64,000 nt of DNA from Zygnema circumcarinatum SAG 698-1b (taxonomy: Eukaryota; Plantae; Zygnematophyceae): the NCBI GenBank assembly GCA_037447605.1, contig CM074821.1, positions 1,116,001-1,180,000 of the forward strand, read 5' to 3'. The notes under the pieces were generated by a model. That model did no database searches and had not been told where the DNA came from. It worked only from the letters and a program-made list of their open reading frames with translations. The stretch's first letter is position 1, and each line of letters begins with the position of its first letter. This document shows, piece after piece, positions 24,951 to 40,570 of this stretch. Both the position numbers and the translations under genes were made by a program.

Positions 24951-27776
24951 ATGGCTATGGCGTGCAGGGGCGTGGGAGGCACATCGCCGCGGATTTTTTC
25001 TGTTTCAAGGGTTAACGTGCTTTATTTGAAAGTGAGTGGGCTTGGGGGGTGGTGTTTGGGGTGAGTGGAGAGTATGGATGGATGGAGAAGAGAAGGAGAA
25101 AAGGGCAGAGGATGGAGCTTAGAGTGAGGCTTGAGCATACAGGGATTCTATGCTATCGTGATCTATGCTTTTTTTTGGAATTCTTTAAACGGAAATTCAC
25201 GAATTGTGGCTTGTCTTATTTCCTTACAACTTTTTGTTGAATTTCGGTGATTTGCAGCATCTCCTCTCTGCTCCACATCCGCAAGCAGATACAGCAACTG
25301 GAGTGTTCTCTGTCCTTGATGCAAAAAATACCGCTTCAATTCACGGTCTCGCACACTGTCGGATGGATGACGAAGAGCCGCCGTTACCGGGTGGACGGCT
25401 GCTATCACTATCCATCAATCCGCGGTATTCCAAGGAGTTCGTGATGCCTTTTGCAACTCGCGGAATCGTGACAGTCAGCCAGGGTAAGGAGATTAAGGTA
25501 TGGCATCATAGCCAAACTAAGAAATTATCAGCTACCAGCTCCAAAAAAAAAATCCGATGTTCATTTCTCAGTGCTGGCATATTAGAGCTTCCAGTCTTTC
25601 AATGCCGTTCTTTAAGTCTCATGATTTTTTATTGTGGTTTTTATCTCGCGGCATCCCGAAGAGACATGACTTCATGTGGCGTTTTTATTTGACGATTTTT
25701 CTTTACAGAACGCGCCGTTACTGCTCAAAGAATTCATCTTCTGTGTGCTTGTCCAGTTACATTTTTTTTTATGGCGAGTTGAAATTATTTCTTTCTTCCA
25801 TCTCAAAGTAGCAGAAGCTAGAGGAAATTATTTAATTTTCGGAGTTTTTCATAGCAATATGCTGTGTTTAATTCCATGCAGGAAAAACCCTTTGCAACTC
25901 CCGCAAGTGATGCTGCAAAGCAAGTGGAGATTGCCAAAGAAGAGAGGAAGATGGATTTGATGAATAAGGGAAAGGACGTGGAAGAGAGTGACTACTGGGG
26001 GATAGTGCCTAAAACGTACAAACGAGAAGACGGATCTGATTGGCCATGGCATTCCTTTCGGGTGTGGATGCAACTCCTGACAACTCTGCTAATCAATAAT
26101 CTATTCAACAGCTGAATTATTTCAAATTCGTTATGGAAACTGATCGATGTTATGGATCCTCTTTCACGTAGATATGCTACTTCTAATTGTACTTGTCCTG
26201 TTTTATTGGTTTGCGATGCAGCCATCTGACACATATACTGCCAATCTGGACATAGATTTGGTAAAACATTACGCGCCTCGGACATGGGGAGATACCTTTG
26301 CCTTGTACCTTGTCAAGGCGATGCGTTTTCCGACTGATGTATTCTTTCAAGTAAGCGTCATGTACCTTTTATCCCCAATTGCTTGGACTTTGGTGATTTT
26401 TTATTGGAGTAGTGGAAGGTCAAGCCAGGCCCTTGTCGTTTCGGGGCTGAATCAGTAGCTCCAAATTGTGTGCATCAATTATTAAAATAAGTGAATAAAT
26501 AAATAAATAAAGCGGATCCTCGTAAAGCCTATCGCCCGAGCCGTCTCCTGCACTGCTTTCCCTGTACATGGCGACTTTTTTTCAGTAAGCACATAAGCTA
26601 ATTGCAGCCATAGGTGTTGTTATGCATGTGTGCTTGCCATAGTTGTCATTCCATGAGATGGCTGCATGAACAAAGCACATATACTGTCTCCAAAGGTAGT
26701 GACTATGTGTTGAGTTGTATTTGATTGTTTTGAGCTCAAACCATCGACTTATTTGCCTGCAGAAGCGCTACGGCTGCCGTGCGATGATGCTGGAGACAGT
26801 TGCTGCGGTGCCTGGGATGGTGGCAGGCATGCTGCTCCACCTTAAGTCTCTCCGTCGCTTTCAGCACACAGGAGGATGGATCCGAGCCCTGCTAGAAGAG
26901 GCCGAAAATGAGAGAATGCATCTGATGACCTTCATGGAAGTTAGCAAGCCGGCATGGTATGAGCGTCTCCTGGTGCTTACGGTGCAGGTGAGACTACGCG
27001 ATGGCTTTCCAGAAGGCGTTGTTTGGAGCAAGGAAATAGTTTGTGTCAAAGTTTCTCTCTGTTGTGATATCGGGTGTTTCTACTGAGTCTCTATTCGTAC
27101 GGTGATGCTTACTTTTTCTGTTGGCGTGAACTGTGCAGGGAGTCTTCTTCAACGCTTACTTCTTCACTTACCTTCTTGCTCCGCGAGTTGCTCACCGAGT
27201 AGTTGGGTATTTGGAAGAGGAGGCAATCTACTCATATACGGAGTTCTTGAAAGAAATTGATGCTGGGCGTATTGAGAACGTTCCTGCACCTTCCATTGCC
27301 ATCGACTATTGGCGTCTTCCCAAGGATGCGCGGCTGCGCGATGTTGTCATGGTGGTCCGAGCAGACGAAGCCCATCACCGCGATGTCAATCACTTTGCGT
27401 CAGTGAGTAATCCCTTTTACTCTCTTATCGTTCCATCTCTTTTCCCGCTTCTTTCGCCTTTCGCTTTCAAACAGCAGGTGCTGAGGGAATGGCAGTAGAG
27501 CACTTCTACAGGGGGATATAATGCCAGAAATAGAAGCTTCAGTTAATCATGTAGACGGAATTCAACTGCAGCCTTGTCTGCAACAGGTGTCGCTTTACCG
27601 GTTTCATGCTATTCTGCTGTTAATAACTTTTGTTCCCTTGCCCTTGCTCTTGCTCTTTGTCGAACGGAACGTCGATCCAGGCGCTGAGAAAGTTTGATTT
27701 CTTGTTTCGTATGCAGAATGTAATGACATCTGGGAAAGAGCTGAAGGATAATCCTGCTCCAACCGAGTACCATTGA
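24951..27776 (+). CDS. AOX: Mitochondrial alternative oxidase, 7 exons, ~392 aa
   Basis: Diiron motifs [29 protein letters not shown] and RADEAHH are present; the C-terminus is [14 protein letters not shown]. Exons: 24951-25031, 25258-25497, 25882-26061, 26222-26350 (129 nt), 26763-26987, 27139-27402, 27717-27776. The first two exons are less certain. Confidence 0.96.
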
Positions 27777-28699
27777 GATTGGTGAACGAAACCTTAAGTC
27801 TACGATTAGGGTTGGGCGGGGGTCCGAATTCGGATTGTAAATAAAATGGCAACCGATGTTGCACTGCATGAGCGCAGCTGCTTTTCGAAGCGTCTGCAGG
27901 CACTCAGAGCATTTGAATTCTGCAATTTTGCAGTCTTAAGCATAGGAGGGTATAGCAAGGTGTGCTGGTTAGTATTCGCAGGCCTAGCGGTCTAGAGATT
28001 GGTCCTGAGTTGAGGAGGTCTTTAGATGGGAGGGGAAATCTCCTACACCTTTAAAGGTACAGGGGTTGATGTTAGATAACTGAATTGACCGGCAGTTTTG
28101 AGCATGTAACAGAGGAGGAATGTTGGTAGCAGTTTAGGCGATTCCTTTGTGTAAGGTGGTGAAGGGATTTGAATGGGCATTATCTGCTATTTGGCAGTTT
28201 GTGAATCTGCAGACGTAAGACTATCAAAGGAGCAGTCACATGCGAGAAAGAATATCAAAATTTGAAATTTGGAGTGTCAAAACAATCTGAACCTGTTTTT
28301 ATCGGTTACAAAAAAAGTTCTTATAATTGTCAAAATTCTGTCCAAAAACCTCGTCCAAACAGTAGAATAACTAGGACTTCAAATTTTTAAGTAAGGCTCT
28401 CCCACTTTACTAGTTGCCAGGGCCACATTGAAACGTCAGCCTTGTAAGCATTTTTCTTTTCTAACATTGAAATAAATTTTAACTCTAAATTATTCTGCAA
28501 GCACATTGTCTGCCAGCAATGAGAACAAAGGGTGTGCGTTTCCTTAAGAAAAAAAATCCTGATTGAGAGACTAACAAAAAACATGCCCGCTCAAAATCGA
28601 CGAGGGAGTGGGAGAGGGATAGGGCCAGGGAGTGGAAGAGACATAGAGAGAGAGAGGGAGAGCGAGAGAGAGGGAGAGGGAGAGAGCCTCGGCGTAGCC

Positions 28700-29200
28700 T
28701 CGATAATGTCATCCACATCAGTTTAAGAACGGCATCTTCTCTATTTAGGAAGGCTCCTCTCCTTGGCAGATTCAAGATCGCCAGCGCCGCCATACCCTCG
28801 AGGATGGCATCCACGCAGGAAGAACGGCGCCTTCCCATGTGACTTTATCGAGACATGCTCGGCATATTCAGATATATTCTATACGCCTTTTACAACCTCA
28901 ATAATGTCATCCATAAAAGTAAACAACGTCGTCTCCCTCGTGACTTTATCAGAAGGATCTTGGCAGATTCTCAAAGCCATATGTACTTCGATAACGTCAC
29001 CCATATAAATTGAAACGGCGTCTCCGACGTAACTTTATCGGAAAACTACTTAGCGGTACTACGAAGCCATTCGTACCTCGATAATGTCATCACCATTGAT
29101 TAAGAACGGCGTCTTTTCTGTGACTTTATCGAATGCATCGTTTGCCTGCACGTCGTCCAGGACGGGATGGACCGTCAAATTTACCAAACCAAGTGACTTT
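28700..29200. repeat. Degenerate ~90-100-bp minisatellite (about 5 units) spanning the last coding exon and 3' flank of EamA-A
   Basis: CGATAATGTCATC-like motifs at 28701, 28799, 28899, 28989 and 29079; GACTTTATC-like motifs at 28841, 28942, 29031, 29122 and 29195. Confidence 0.8.
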
Positions 29201-32200
29201 ATTGAGGATTCCGAGCTCTCCTCCGGTGCCCTTCCAAAAACTTGAATGGCCAAACTTCCTCCTGCGAAGGAAACACATAAACGGGCCGTCAGTCAGAGAG
29301 GATGCAAAGTAGGCCAGGTCTGGAATTAGGGTTAGGGTTATGGTTAGGGTTGGGACTAACATCATAGTCAAATTAGGGTAGGTTTAGGGTTAGGACTAGA
29401 ACTAGGGTTCAGGGTTAGGGTTGCACTTCAGAGTTTGGATTAGGATAGGAGTTAGGTTAAGGGATACAATTAGGGTTGGACTGCCCAAAGACCAGCGGAT
29501 CTCTGACAGCCCCTCCGTGAAAATTGCAGAGATATTCCCCTTTGTTTTTGAAAACGATGCATACAAAACCTACGTTGAGGCAAAGACTACAGCCATTGCC
29601 ATGCAGAATCGAAGCATAGAAATGGTTTTGATGGATGGCAAAGACGCGAGTATGTGACGGAAAGCGCACCAAGAGTGAGGCCTGCTCCCAGCCATCCCTG
29701 TAAGGTCCAACGCTCCCCGAGCAGCACCCAGGCAAAAAGGGAGCCATAGACAGGCTCCAACGTGTACACCATGGCCGCCTCTGTGGCTGAAACGTCCCTG
29801 AAAGCGATGTACTGAAAGGAGAAGAGCGAGTAAGCACAGGTCAGTTCTGTGGCACAGATAGACATGCTCAAAGCGTCTGAAAGCACATTTCCAGCAAAAA
29901 ATAGCATAAAAGGGGGGAGGTGGGGGGTTTCAGAATGATGAAGTGAGAGAGGGGGAGAAGCTGAAGGTGCTCACCTCCAGCCACCAGCAGAAGGCCGTAG
30001 AAACCACTCCAGTGTATACCATAGACAGCCATGGAACCGAGCTGAACGATAAAGTCAACGGCAACCTTTTCAAAAGAAGGATGTCTCCCACATCCGCATT
30101 TGTGACCAGAACCCAAAAAACATGGGCTGCAGTGATCACCACAAGCTGCAAAAAAAAAGAAAACCTCGCAGCAAAAGATCAGGCCAAGCTAATGCTATAG
30201 TGTTGGCATAACCCTTAGAGAAATTCTAGTTACATTTTCAACGCAATTAGAAAACCTCCAGTCATACTCAGCTCCACCAGGATCTGCACTAAAAGGCCGC
30301 CGGATTCCTAGAGTCTGTTAAGGTTCATTAACATCATAGAACCAAATAAAAAGAAGGCAGAACTCATCCATTAGTGAGCGAGGGAGGGAGCTGCACAGGC
30401 CTGCATTGCCGTGAAGGGCAGATTTGCGTTGGGAGGGAGCCGCTTTGTATGATACTCGAATCGGAGCATACAAACTCCAAAAATCAAAGCGCTCACCATG
30501 GTCCAGAAATCACCCATCTACAAAAGCATATGAACTAGAGTGAACAAAGACACTCCGGAGTGGGGAGAGAGAGGGAGGGAGGGGGACAGAGAGAGAGGGA
30601 AAGACGGGAGGGGAGGGGAGCGAAAGGAAAGGGAAGGGAGAGCGTAAGTTTATTCAATTTTTTACATATTCATTCATTATTCCTTTAGTTAAGTTATTTC
30701 TTCGTCACATATTCAATCTTACTAGAGAAGGATCGCCGGTGCTGTTTTCCAGCAAACTGATGCCGCAGATCGCTGCGAGGGCTCCAAACCATGTGATGAT
30801 GGGGATTCTCGCTCCGAGTAAGCCCGCAATCATGGGAACCTCTATGGCCTGCACCCCCCTCAACAGGAGACACTCTCACGTTCTTCAATGGGAGGGAGGA
30901 GGGCGAGAAAATGGGGAAAGAGGTAAGGGAAAAGAGGTCACTGTACAGCTCTCTTGCTACAGCTCAACCCTGGCAGAAAACCTGTGGTGCTTGAAAACGA
31001 AGCCATGCATTCGGAAACGAATCAATGTAGACCTTTCCAAAGGCAGCTTTAATCGTTGCTAACCGTGCTTCGGACAAACATGAAACTAAAAAATTTCAGA
31101 GAAAATAAAAACATAAATAGATGCATGTATCAGCAAACATTGGAACGTACGCAGATCATGATTTCATGATTCCACCGAAATATCCAAAAACGAGCATCAT
31201 GGCATGCATGCATACATACATAGTCTGTTCAACATACCGTAATTGACGATATGAGGCATGCTCTCCCTGCATCCGTGGTGACGAGACCGTACGATTGCGC
31301 CAAAAAGCCGGCGGCTGTTAGCACTCCCACCTCCGCTCCCGCAGCTCGCACGTGCGGGTCTTTAAAAGCAGCTATCAAGAAGGGGAGGAGAGCCAAGGTC
31401 GCCATTGCAAACCGGCCGACTCCAAACAGGGCGGGGTCCATGGAGGCTTGAGCTCCTTTCACTACCGACATGTTGCTTCCTACGGGCGAAGAAGGTCAAC
31501 ATACGTCGAAGATTAATAAGAAGACAATGAAAATCGAGGATAGAAGTGTTTAGGGTTGTTTCGAGGTTCGACGATTTTTGGCGAACCTTTCATTTTTTTG
31601 GGGTTTTACAGGTTTGCATGCTGCAAAGGAAGTCTTGAAAGGGTTTGGGTCTAATGGGTTTTGAGCACTAAACGCCACGAGGCAAGTCAGGATTTGAAGA
31701 GGAAAGGAGGGGGGTTTCAGGTATCATTTCCTGAATATTTTTTTGTCCAAAGGTCGTTGGTGACGTGAAGAGATGTGTTGAGAGAGAGGGGTGGGAGAGA
31801 ATATAGAATTGAAGATTAGAAAGCGAGGTAGAGAGCGAACGAGAGAGAAAACAGAGAGATGAGGAAAGCAAACGAGAGGCACGGAATGGGGAAATTAGAA
31901 GAGCATGATGGAGAGAAAGCGGGAAGAAGAGGGGGGGATTTAAGAAAACGAGGATTCGAAGTACAGGAAGCGGCGAGTAATTGTGGGGGGAAGAGAATGT
32001 GAAAGAGGGAAGAAAGGAAGAGGGAGTGGGCGGGAGAGAGAGTTGATGGGAGAGAGAGTGAATGGGAGAGACAGTGGATGGGAGAGAAAGTGGATGGGAG
32101 AGAGAGTGGATGAGAGAGCGAGTGGATGGGCGAGAGAGTGGATGGGAGAGAGAGTGGATGGGAGAGAGAGTGGATGAGAGAGCGAGTGGATGGGCGAGAG

Positions 32201-32464
32201 AGTGGATGGGAGAGAGAGTGGATGGGAGAGAGAGTGGATGGGAGAGAGAGTGGAATGGAGAGAGAGTGGATGGGAGAGAGACAGGAGTGATTGGCGTAGC
32301 CCACCATAGAGCAGCATGATGCAGTTGAGCATGACCAAACCCCGCACCCTCTCAGAAACTTTGAACCTCTTGCCCACCTCCACCCACCACCTGCAAAATG
32401 ATCTGCCATGCTGCACCACTTCTGGGAACAACTCGCCCTCCTCGAAGTTCACCGCAAAAAACAT
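29059..32464 (-). CDS. EamA/drug-metabolite transporter superfamily protein (paralog A), 7 exons, at least 386 aa; 5' end uncertain
   Basis: Motifs RVRGLVMLN, GRFA, LVTTDAGRA, RDVSATEAAMVYTLEPVYG and LLGERW. Exons: 32464-32305, 31479-31238, 30848-30723, 30517-30401 (GC donor), 30145-29975, 29811-29670, 29261-29059. Internal exon sizes 242/126/117/142 equal those of paralog B. Confidence 0.88.
29326..29477. repeat. Degenerate telomere-like (TTAGGG/TTTAGGG) tract in the last intron of EamA-A
   Basis: TTAGGGTTAGGGTTA, GGTTAGGGTT, TTAGGGTAGGTTTAGGGTTAGG and CAGGGTTAGGGTT interspersed with short spacers. Confidence 0.7.
32035..32280. repeat. 16-bp purine-rich minisatellite (TGGATGGGAGAGAGAG, ~15 units) in EamA-A intron 1
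   Basis: Tandem units visible directly, with variant subunits. Confidence 0.9.
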
Positions 32465-32589
32465 CTCAGATATATCCTGTGATCCTCTCCCTCTCTTTTC
32501 CCTCTCCTCTCGCCGTTCTTCTCAAGTTTGTAGTCGTCCCTATCTGCTCGCTTTCTTCTTAGTTTTTCCAGGCTTTAGATAATTTCTCG

Positions 32590-33290
32590 CTCGCCCTTCC
32601 TCTCTCTCCTCTCCTGTCCCTCTACTCTTCTTTCCCTCCCGCGCCCTCTCCCGCCCTCTCCCTCTCCCTCTCACTCCTCTCCCTTCTCTTTTGTCCCTCT
32701 CCCTCCCTCTCCTTCCCTCTCTCTCTCGTACCCCTATCCCTCCCTCTCCCTCTCCCTCTCCCTCCCTCTCCTCTCACTCTCCCGCCCTCCCTCCACTCCC
32801 TCCCTCTCCCTCTCCCTCCCTGTTCAATCCCTACTCTCCTCTCAATCCTTCTCCGTCTCCCTCCCTCTCCCTCTCGATCACTCTCCCTCCCTCTCCTCTC
32901 CCTCTCCCTCCCCTCTCTCCCCTCTCCCTCCCTCTCCTCTCCCTCTCCCTCCACTCCTCTCCTTCCCTTCCTCCCCTCTCTCTCCACTCCTCTCTGCCCT
33001 ATCCCTACCTTGTTCTCCCCCTCCTCTCCCTTTCCTCTCCCTCCCTTCCCCTCCCCTCCCCTCAGCTCCCTCCTCTCCTCGCCCTCCCTCCCTCCCTCTT
33101 CCTCTCCTCCCCTCTCTCTCCCTTCCTCCCTCTCGTCCCCTCTCCCTCCCTCTCCCTCCCCTCCTCTCCCTCCCTCCCTCCCTCCCCTCCTGTCCTTCCC
33201 TCCCNNNNNNNNNNCCCTCCCTCCCTCCCTCTCCCTCCCTCCCTCCCTCTCCCTCCCGCTCCCCCCCTTCCTCCCCGTCCCCTCCTCTCC
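32590..33290. repeat. CT-rich low-complexity tract containing an assembly gap (33205-33214)
   Basis: Almost exclusively C/T on the + strand. Confidence 0.9.
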
Positions 33291-34631
33291 CTCCCATCGC
33301 CGCCGCACCCCTCTGGCGGCTGCGGGAGCAAACCGACGCGTGTCGTGACAAAGCGTTGTTGACTGTTCCTCCACGTGGCATCATATGGTTGGACGTGCTA
33401 ATACACACAATCATGACGCACACCGACTCTCTTTGCGACAAAGTCAGAGATTCGCCGTGTAACGCGGAGCCAATCAAGAACCACCGATCACCTGACAATG
33501 TCAATCCGCCAATGGAGCCAAGTATCGTATGACAGTGACAACTACATCAATGAGCGCTCAACACGTGGCCGATTTTTCGTCCGACGTGGTGTACCTTTGT
33601 CGTATTGGAGCCTCTCCAAGGGCCACCGGCCGTGCTCGCGCGGTCGCGTTGTTGCTCGCGCTCATGTTCATGTTCATGTTCATGTTGGCGTTGGTGTTGT
33701 TCAAAATGTGCACCTTTGGGGCGGATCCAAGGTCGAGAGAAACCTAGCCGCTACAATCGAACAATGCATGAACACTCTGATGTAAGCACAAATCGCCATC
33801 CACTGACCGACATGTGACAAACAGAACGCATGCAGAACGGATAGTGGAAGAAGAGTGGCAGCGATGGATGCTAAGTATCCAAAGCCTTCCAATTTCAAGG
33901 GTAGATTTTCCGGAATTGTATGCGTGGTTCATTTTTCCATAATGCGCAAAAGCTCTGCACACATGAGCTTGCCGCCAACAACAAGTACAACAACATTGCA
34001 GGGTCGATCAAACAAGGTCACTAGCCACTCCGTTTCGGGGAGGACGCCGGAGGACCGCCCTTGACTGTACGAGATAACCAGATAAGCGCGAGGCGATATA
34101 TCGAAACGAGTACGTTACGTCCAGAATTGTTCTACGGAGTAGCGGAATCCTGAGTACTAATTTCGACAGACTGACCCAGGCGCGTCTCCCTACGATTTCT
34201 CCAAAGCCTCTTGCCACTAGGGCCCTAGGGTTAGGGTAGCCCTTCCTAGGCCGTACGGTTGAGTTTCCCACTTCAAAGAATGAAATGTGGTCAGCATATG
34301 GCTAGTTTCACTTCACCTTTTTTTTTCTAAATAAGCGGAAAGCGACAGTCCACCACATCGAGGATGATAAAATTTAACCCAAGGCCTCGCATTGTGAATA
34401 ATTCCTAGGCGTGGGCCAATTGAACTTCGGCATGTGCGCAGTTTGACCTACGTGGAGAGCTCTGATTGGCACAAGCTTCCTGAGTGTCTAAAGAACGAAG
34501 GGAACCATGTCAACAACGACGCCACATAGTTCCACACAGTTTGTTGACACAAACCAAAACCCTAAAAACCCTAAAAACCCTCAGTTTCATTCATGTTCGT
34601 GCCATTACCCTCCAGATCGGCTCCCTTCCCC

Positions 34632-36486
34632 TCAATGCATTGGAGGGCCTTTTTTTGCCCTCCTTTCGGCCTCCCTCAGCAGGTCGACCACTTGCAGGGC
34701 CACCACTGCCGGAGAATACTTCTGAACCATGTCCTCTCTTGCTGCGGCTCCCTTTGCCTTCGCTTCTTCTCTCATCACAAACACACGGCGCATCAACACT
34801 CGCAGAGATTCAACTGAAGGCTTTGCCCACAAATGGCCTCTGAAGGGTCCCTCATCAACCTCCTCGAACGCATCCACTGTCAACGGATAACTGTTGCGTT
34901 CTGTCATGTATTCAGTCATGCCTGACCAGTTGGTGGCTATAACTGGGAGCCCCATGGCCATGGCTTCCACATGAGGGCGACCCCATCCTTCGCCTCTTGA
35001 TGGCAGCACAAACACATCAGCAGCTTTGTATAGCTTCGGAAGATCACTTTGCAGTACATGTTGATTCTGAATAAGCAGTTCGGCCCAACCTTCTGGTGGC
35101 TCTTGTAACTGACTTTCCTCCACAAATTGGCCGATTTTCTTCCCGAAGTTACGATCGCTATGGAAAGGGTTGGTGAGGAGATAAAGCACCACATTGTCAG
35201 CCGCCGAGAATTCCTTTAAGTAACTTTGAACGAGTATGTCCCAACCTTTGCGCTTCTCCCATTTGAAGATGCTGAGGAAGACAAACCTTCCGGGTTTTAC
35301 TCTGTGAATGCCCTTCTGAAGGTTGGGCCCCACAAGCCGTTGAGGTGCGGAAAGCTTCATGGCGGATACCGCATTCGGATCAAAGAAGTTTACATCCACT
35401 GCCTGCACGACTTTTTTCAACTTGAATGGCTGCACACCGCTGCGAGCAAACGTTTCCAAGTGGAATTCGGAAGGAACCCATACCTGCCAGTCATAGAAAA
35501 CCACAATTACTTTAAGAAGTTTCAGCGGTTGCACAGATGTCCATATCCATTCGCTGAAAAGTCTACAGCAAATCCTTGCGGTAATATCCTCTGCCAGCCA
35601 TGATGTCGGAATGGCCTATACAGCACTCCTGTACAGGAAGCATAACCTACATCACTTTCCATCCTAGGCCTGCAAGAATCGTTTGTCGCCATACCTCATC
35701 CATTCTATTGCAGCGCTCCACATGCTCAGCATTCACTCGATCTGTTTCAAACATAGTCCGTCCAATCACACGGAGAGCTTCTCCATATCCACCAGGCGGA
35801 CATGGCGGCGTCTGATAGAGGGGGGGATGCCATGCTCCCGGCTCACTATGGCATACAACAATGGACTCTGACAGATCCACTTCTTGCATTGCGTGGGCCT
35901 GCAGAAGCCTTTGTACATCCTCTGGAAGTCCTCGAAAAAAGTCCATATTCAAACTGTCTCCATGCTGTTCAATGCGAAGCTTTAAAATCTGCCTTGTCGA
36001 CGATAGGGCGCTTACATAGGAAATCGCTTCAGAACAATATCCACCTCCAGATGCAAAGGGAGCCATCCACAGCAAAGATGCCTCGAGGGGTTGTGGCAAT
36101 TCCAAAGGGGGAGTAGTGATCCCTTCTCCAGGTTCAACCGGAGACCTTCGCAGATGAATATTCTTTGCTGACGCTTGCAGACTACTCAGAAGTGCTTGAA
36201 ACCTAGAACTGCGAGGTCCAAATTGTGCACTTTTCAAGAAGAAAGCTAACGCTACAGCAGTAACAACTACAAGTACAGATGCCATCCAGATAACCCATAG
36301 TCCTCGCCTCGAAGCTGCTGTCCGAACTCCATTGCGGACTTTCGCATCTTGACATCTGTCTATGTCCTCTCCTTTCTCCGGCACAAGTCCACCCTCATTC
36401 TTGAGCTTTGTGGCTCCATCAGCTCCCACATGGCCACCCTCTATCTTGCCTTTCATTTCAGCGATACTATCAGTACGACGTCCCAT
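34632..36486 (-). CDS. GT4-family (Glycos_transf_1) glycosyltransferase with an N-terminal membrane anchor, 2 exons (36486-35695, 35483-34632), ~547 aa
   Basis: DVFVLPSRGEGWGRPHVEAMAMGLPVIAT (EX7E signature), LWMAPFASGGGY, IGRTMFETDR and FLSIFKWEKRKGWD. TM segment LWVIWMASVLVVVTAVALAFFL. One phase-0 GT-AG intron. Confidence 0.92.
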
Positions 36487-36964
36487 GTCCTCTGCACTAT
36501 CAAGGGCCTTACTTGCTCCAAATGAAGCAGAACACAAGGAACTAGCTCCAAGGAAATCAAACAGAGCAACAAACCAAGTGCACCACCTCAGGTCCTCTCC
36601 CGCGTCCTACCTGCAGCTCCCTACACCTCTCTACATCCTTATCACTTCAATCTTCTTGTAACTCGAACTTCTTAGAACTCTCCCATTACCAGCACCAGAG
36701 CAGATGAGGGTTCCGATTTCCGATTCTTTGTGCTCTCGAATAAAGAAAAGTCTCTGAATTGGGAGTAGCCCAATGTAGATTCCTTTCAGAAGATTGATAC
36801 ACAAAACGACAACTCTGAAACCAACCGGGTCTGCAGAAAAACTTGAAACTTAGCCTAATTAAGCAAAGTCAGACCACAAAGCTACCTTCGAACCTACAAG
36901 CAAGTGACATATACAGCTGTTCTCTTATCTTCTTCGCCTTTTTCTCAGTCCTTTTTGACTTGAC

Positions 36965-39826
<2,862 letters not shown>

Positions 39827-40299
39827 GCTCGGCCGAGCCCCCCTCCCCTCCCTTGGGAGCGTCCAAGAGCTCCGCTAGTACTTCAAGCTTCCTGCAAGAG
39901 TGGGAGCAGCCAGGGCCGAAGTCACCCTTCCAAGATTTTAGGGCTCAGCGCCGCCTCTCAACCTGCCGCCCAGGAACTAGGGATGGATGGATGATGGATG
40001 GATGGATGGATGGATAGGTCATGGGCGCATGGCCCCATGGGTTTTATTGAGGACCTGACGTGGATCAACCTCGCTGACGTCTCTCCGCACGCGCGGACGG
40101 TCGAAGTCCAGCAGTTGAAGGTACGTTTGAAAAAAATTGGAGTCGCAGGTTGCAAACTTTACTTTTCGCCTCAGTTTGCATCTCCGGAGCTTCAACCAGT
40201 TGAAGGACGTTGAACCATGGAACCGCAGCACCCAACCATTAATATGTAACGTCTCCAACCATTTCAATGATTACCCAAGCAATGGATTCATCATTAGTT

Positions 40300-40570
40300 G
40301 CATCCAATGGTTGCCAACCATTGCAATTGGATCGCCAATGGTTCCGAACCATTGGATCGTGAGCTAGCCAACCATTGCCCAGTTCCGCGTGGTTCCCCAT
40401 GCTGATTTCGTCCATGTACATTTGGTGGCATCGCCATCGTGAGTTCAATGAAATTTTCCTTCAATTTTTTCTTCCATCGCCATCGTGAGATCTTTGCCAA
40501 TGGTTCCGAACTATTGGATACAATGGTTGCCGCCCATTGGATTCATCCAATGGTTGGACAGTCCATTGGG
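40300..40570. repeat. Cluster of CCAATGG-N-CCATTGG-type palindromes, related to the 44-46 kb repeat family
   Basis: CCAATGGTTGCCAACCATTG (40304), CCAATGGTTCCGAACCATTGG (40335), CCAATGGTTCCGAACTATTGG (40497) and further copies to 40569. Confidence 0.8.
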
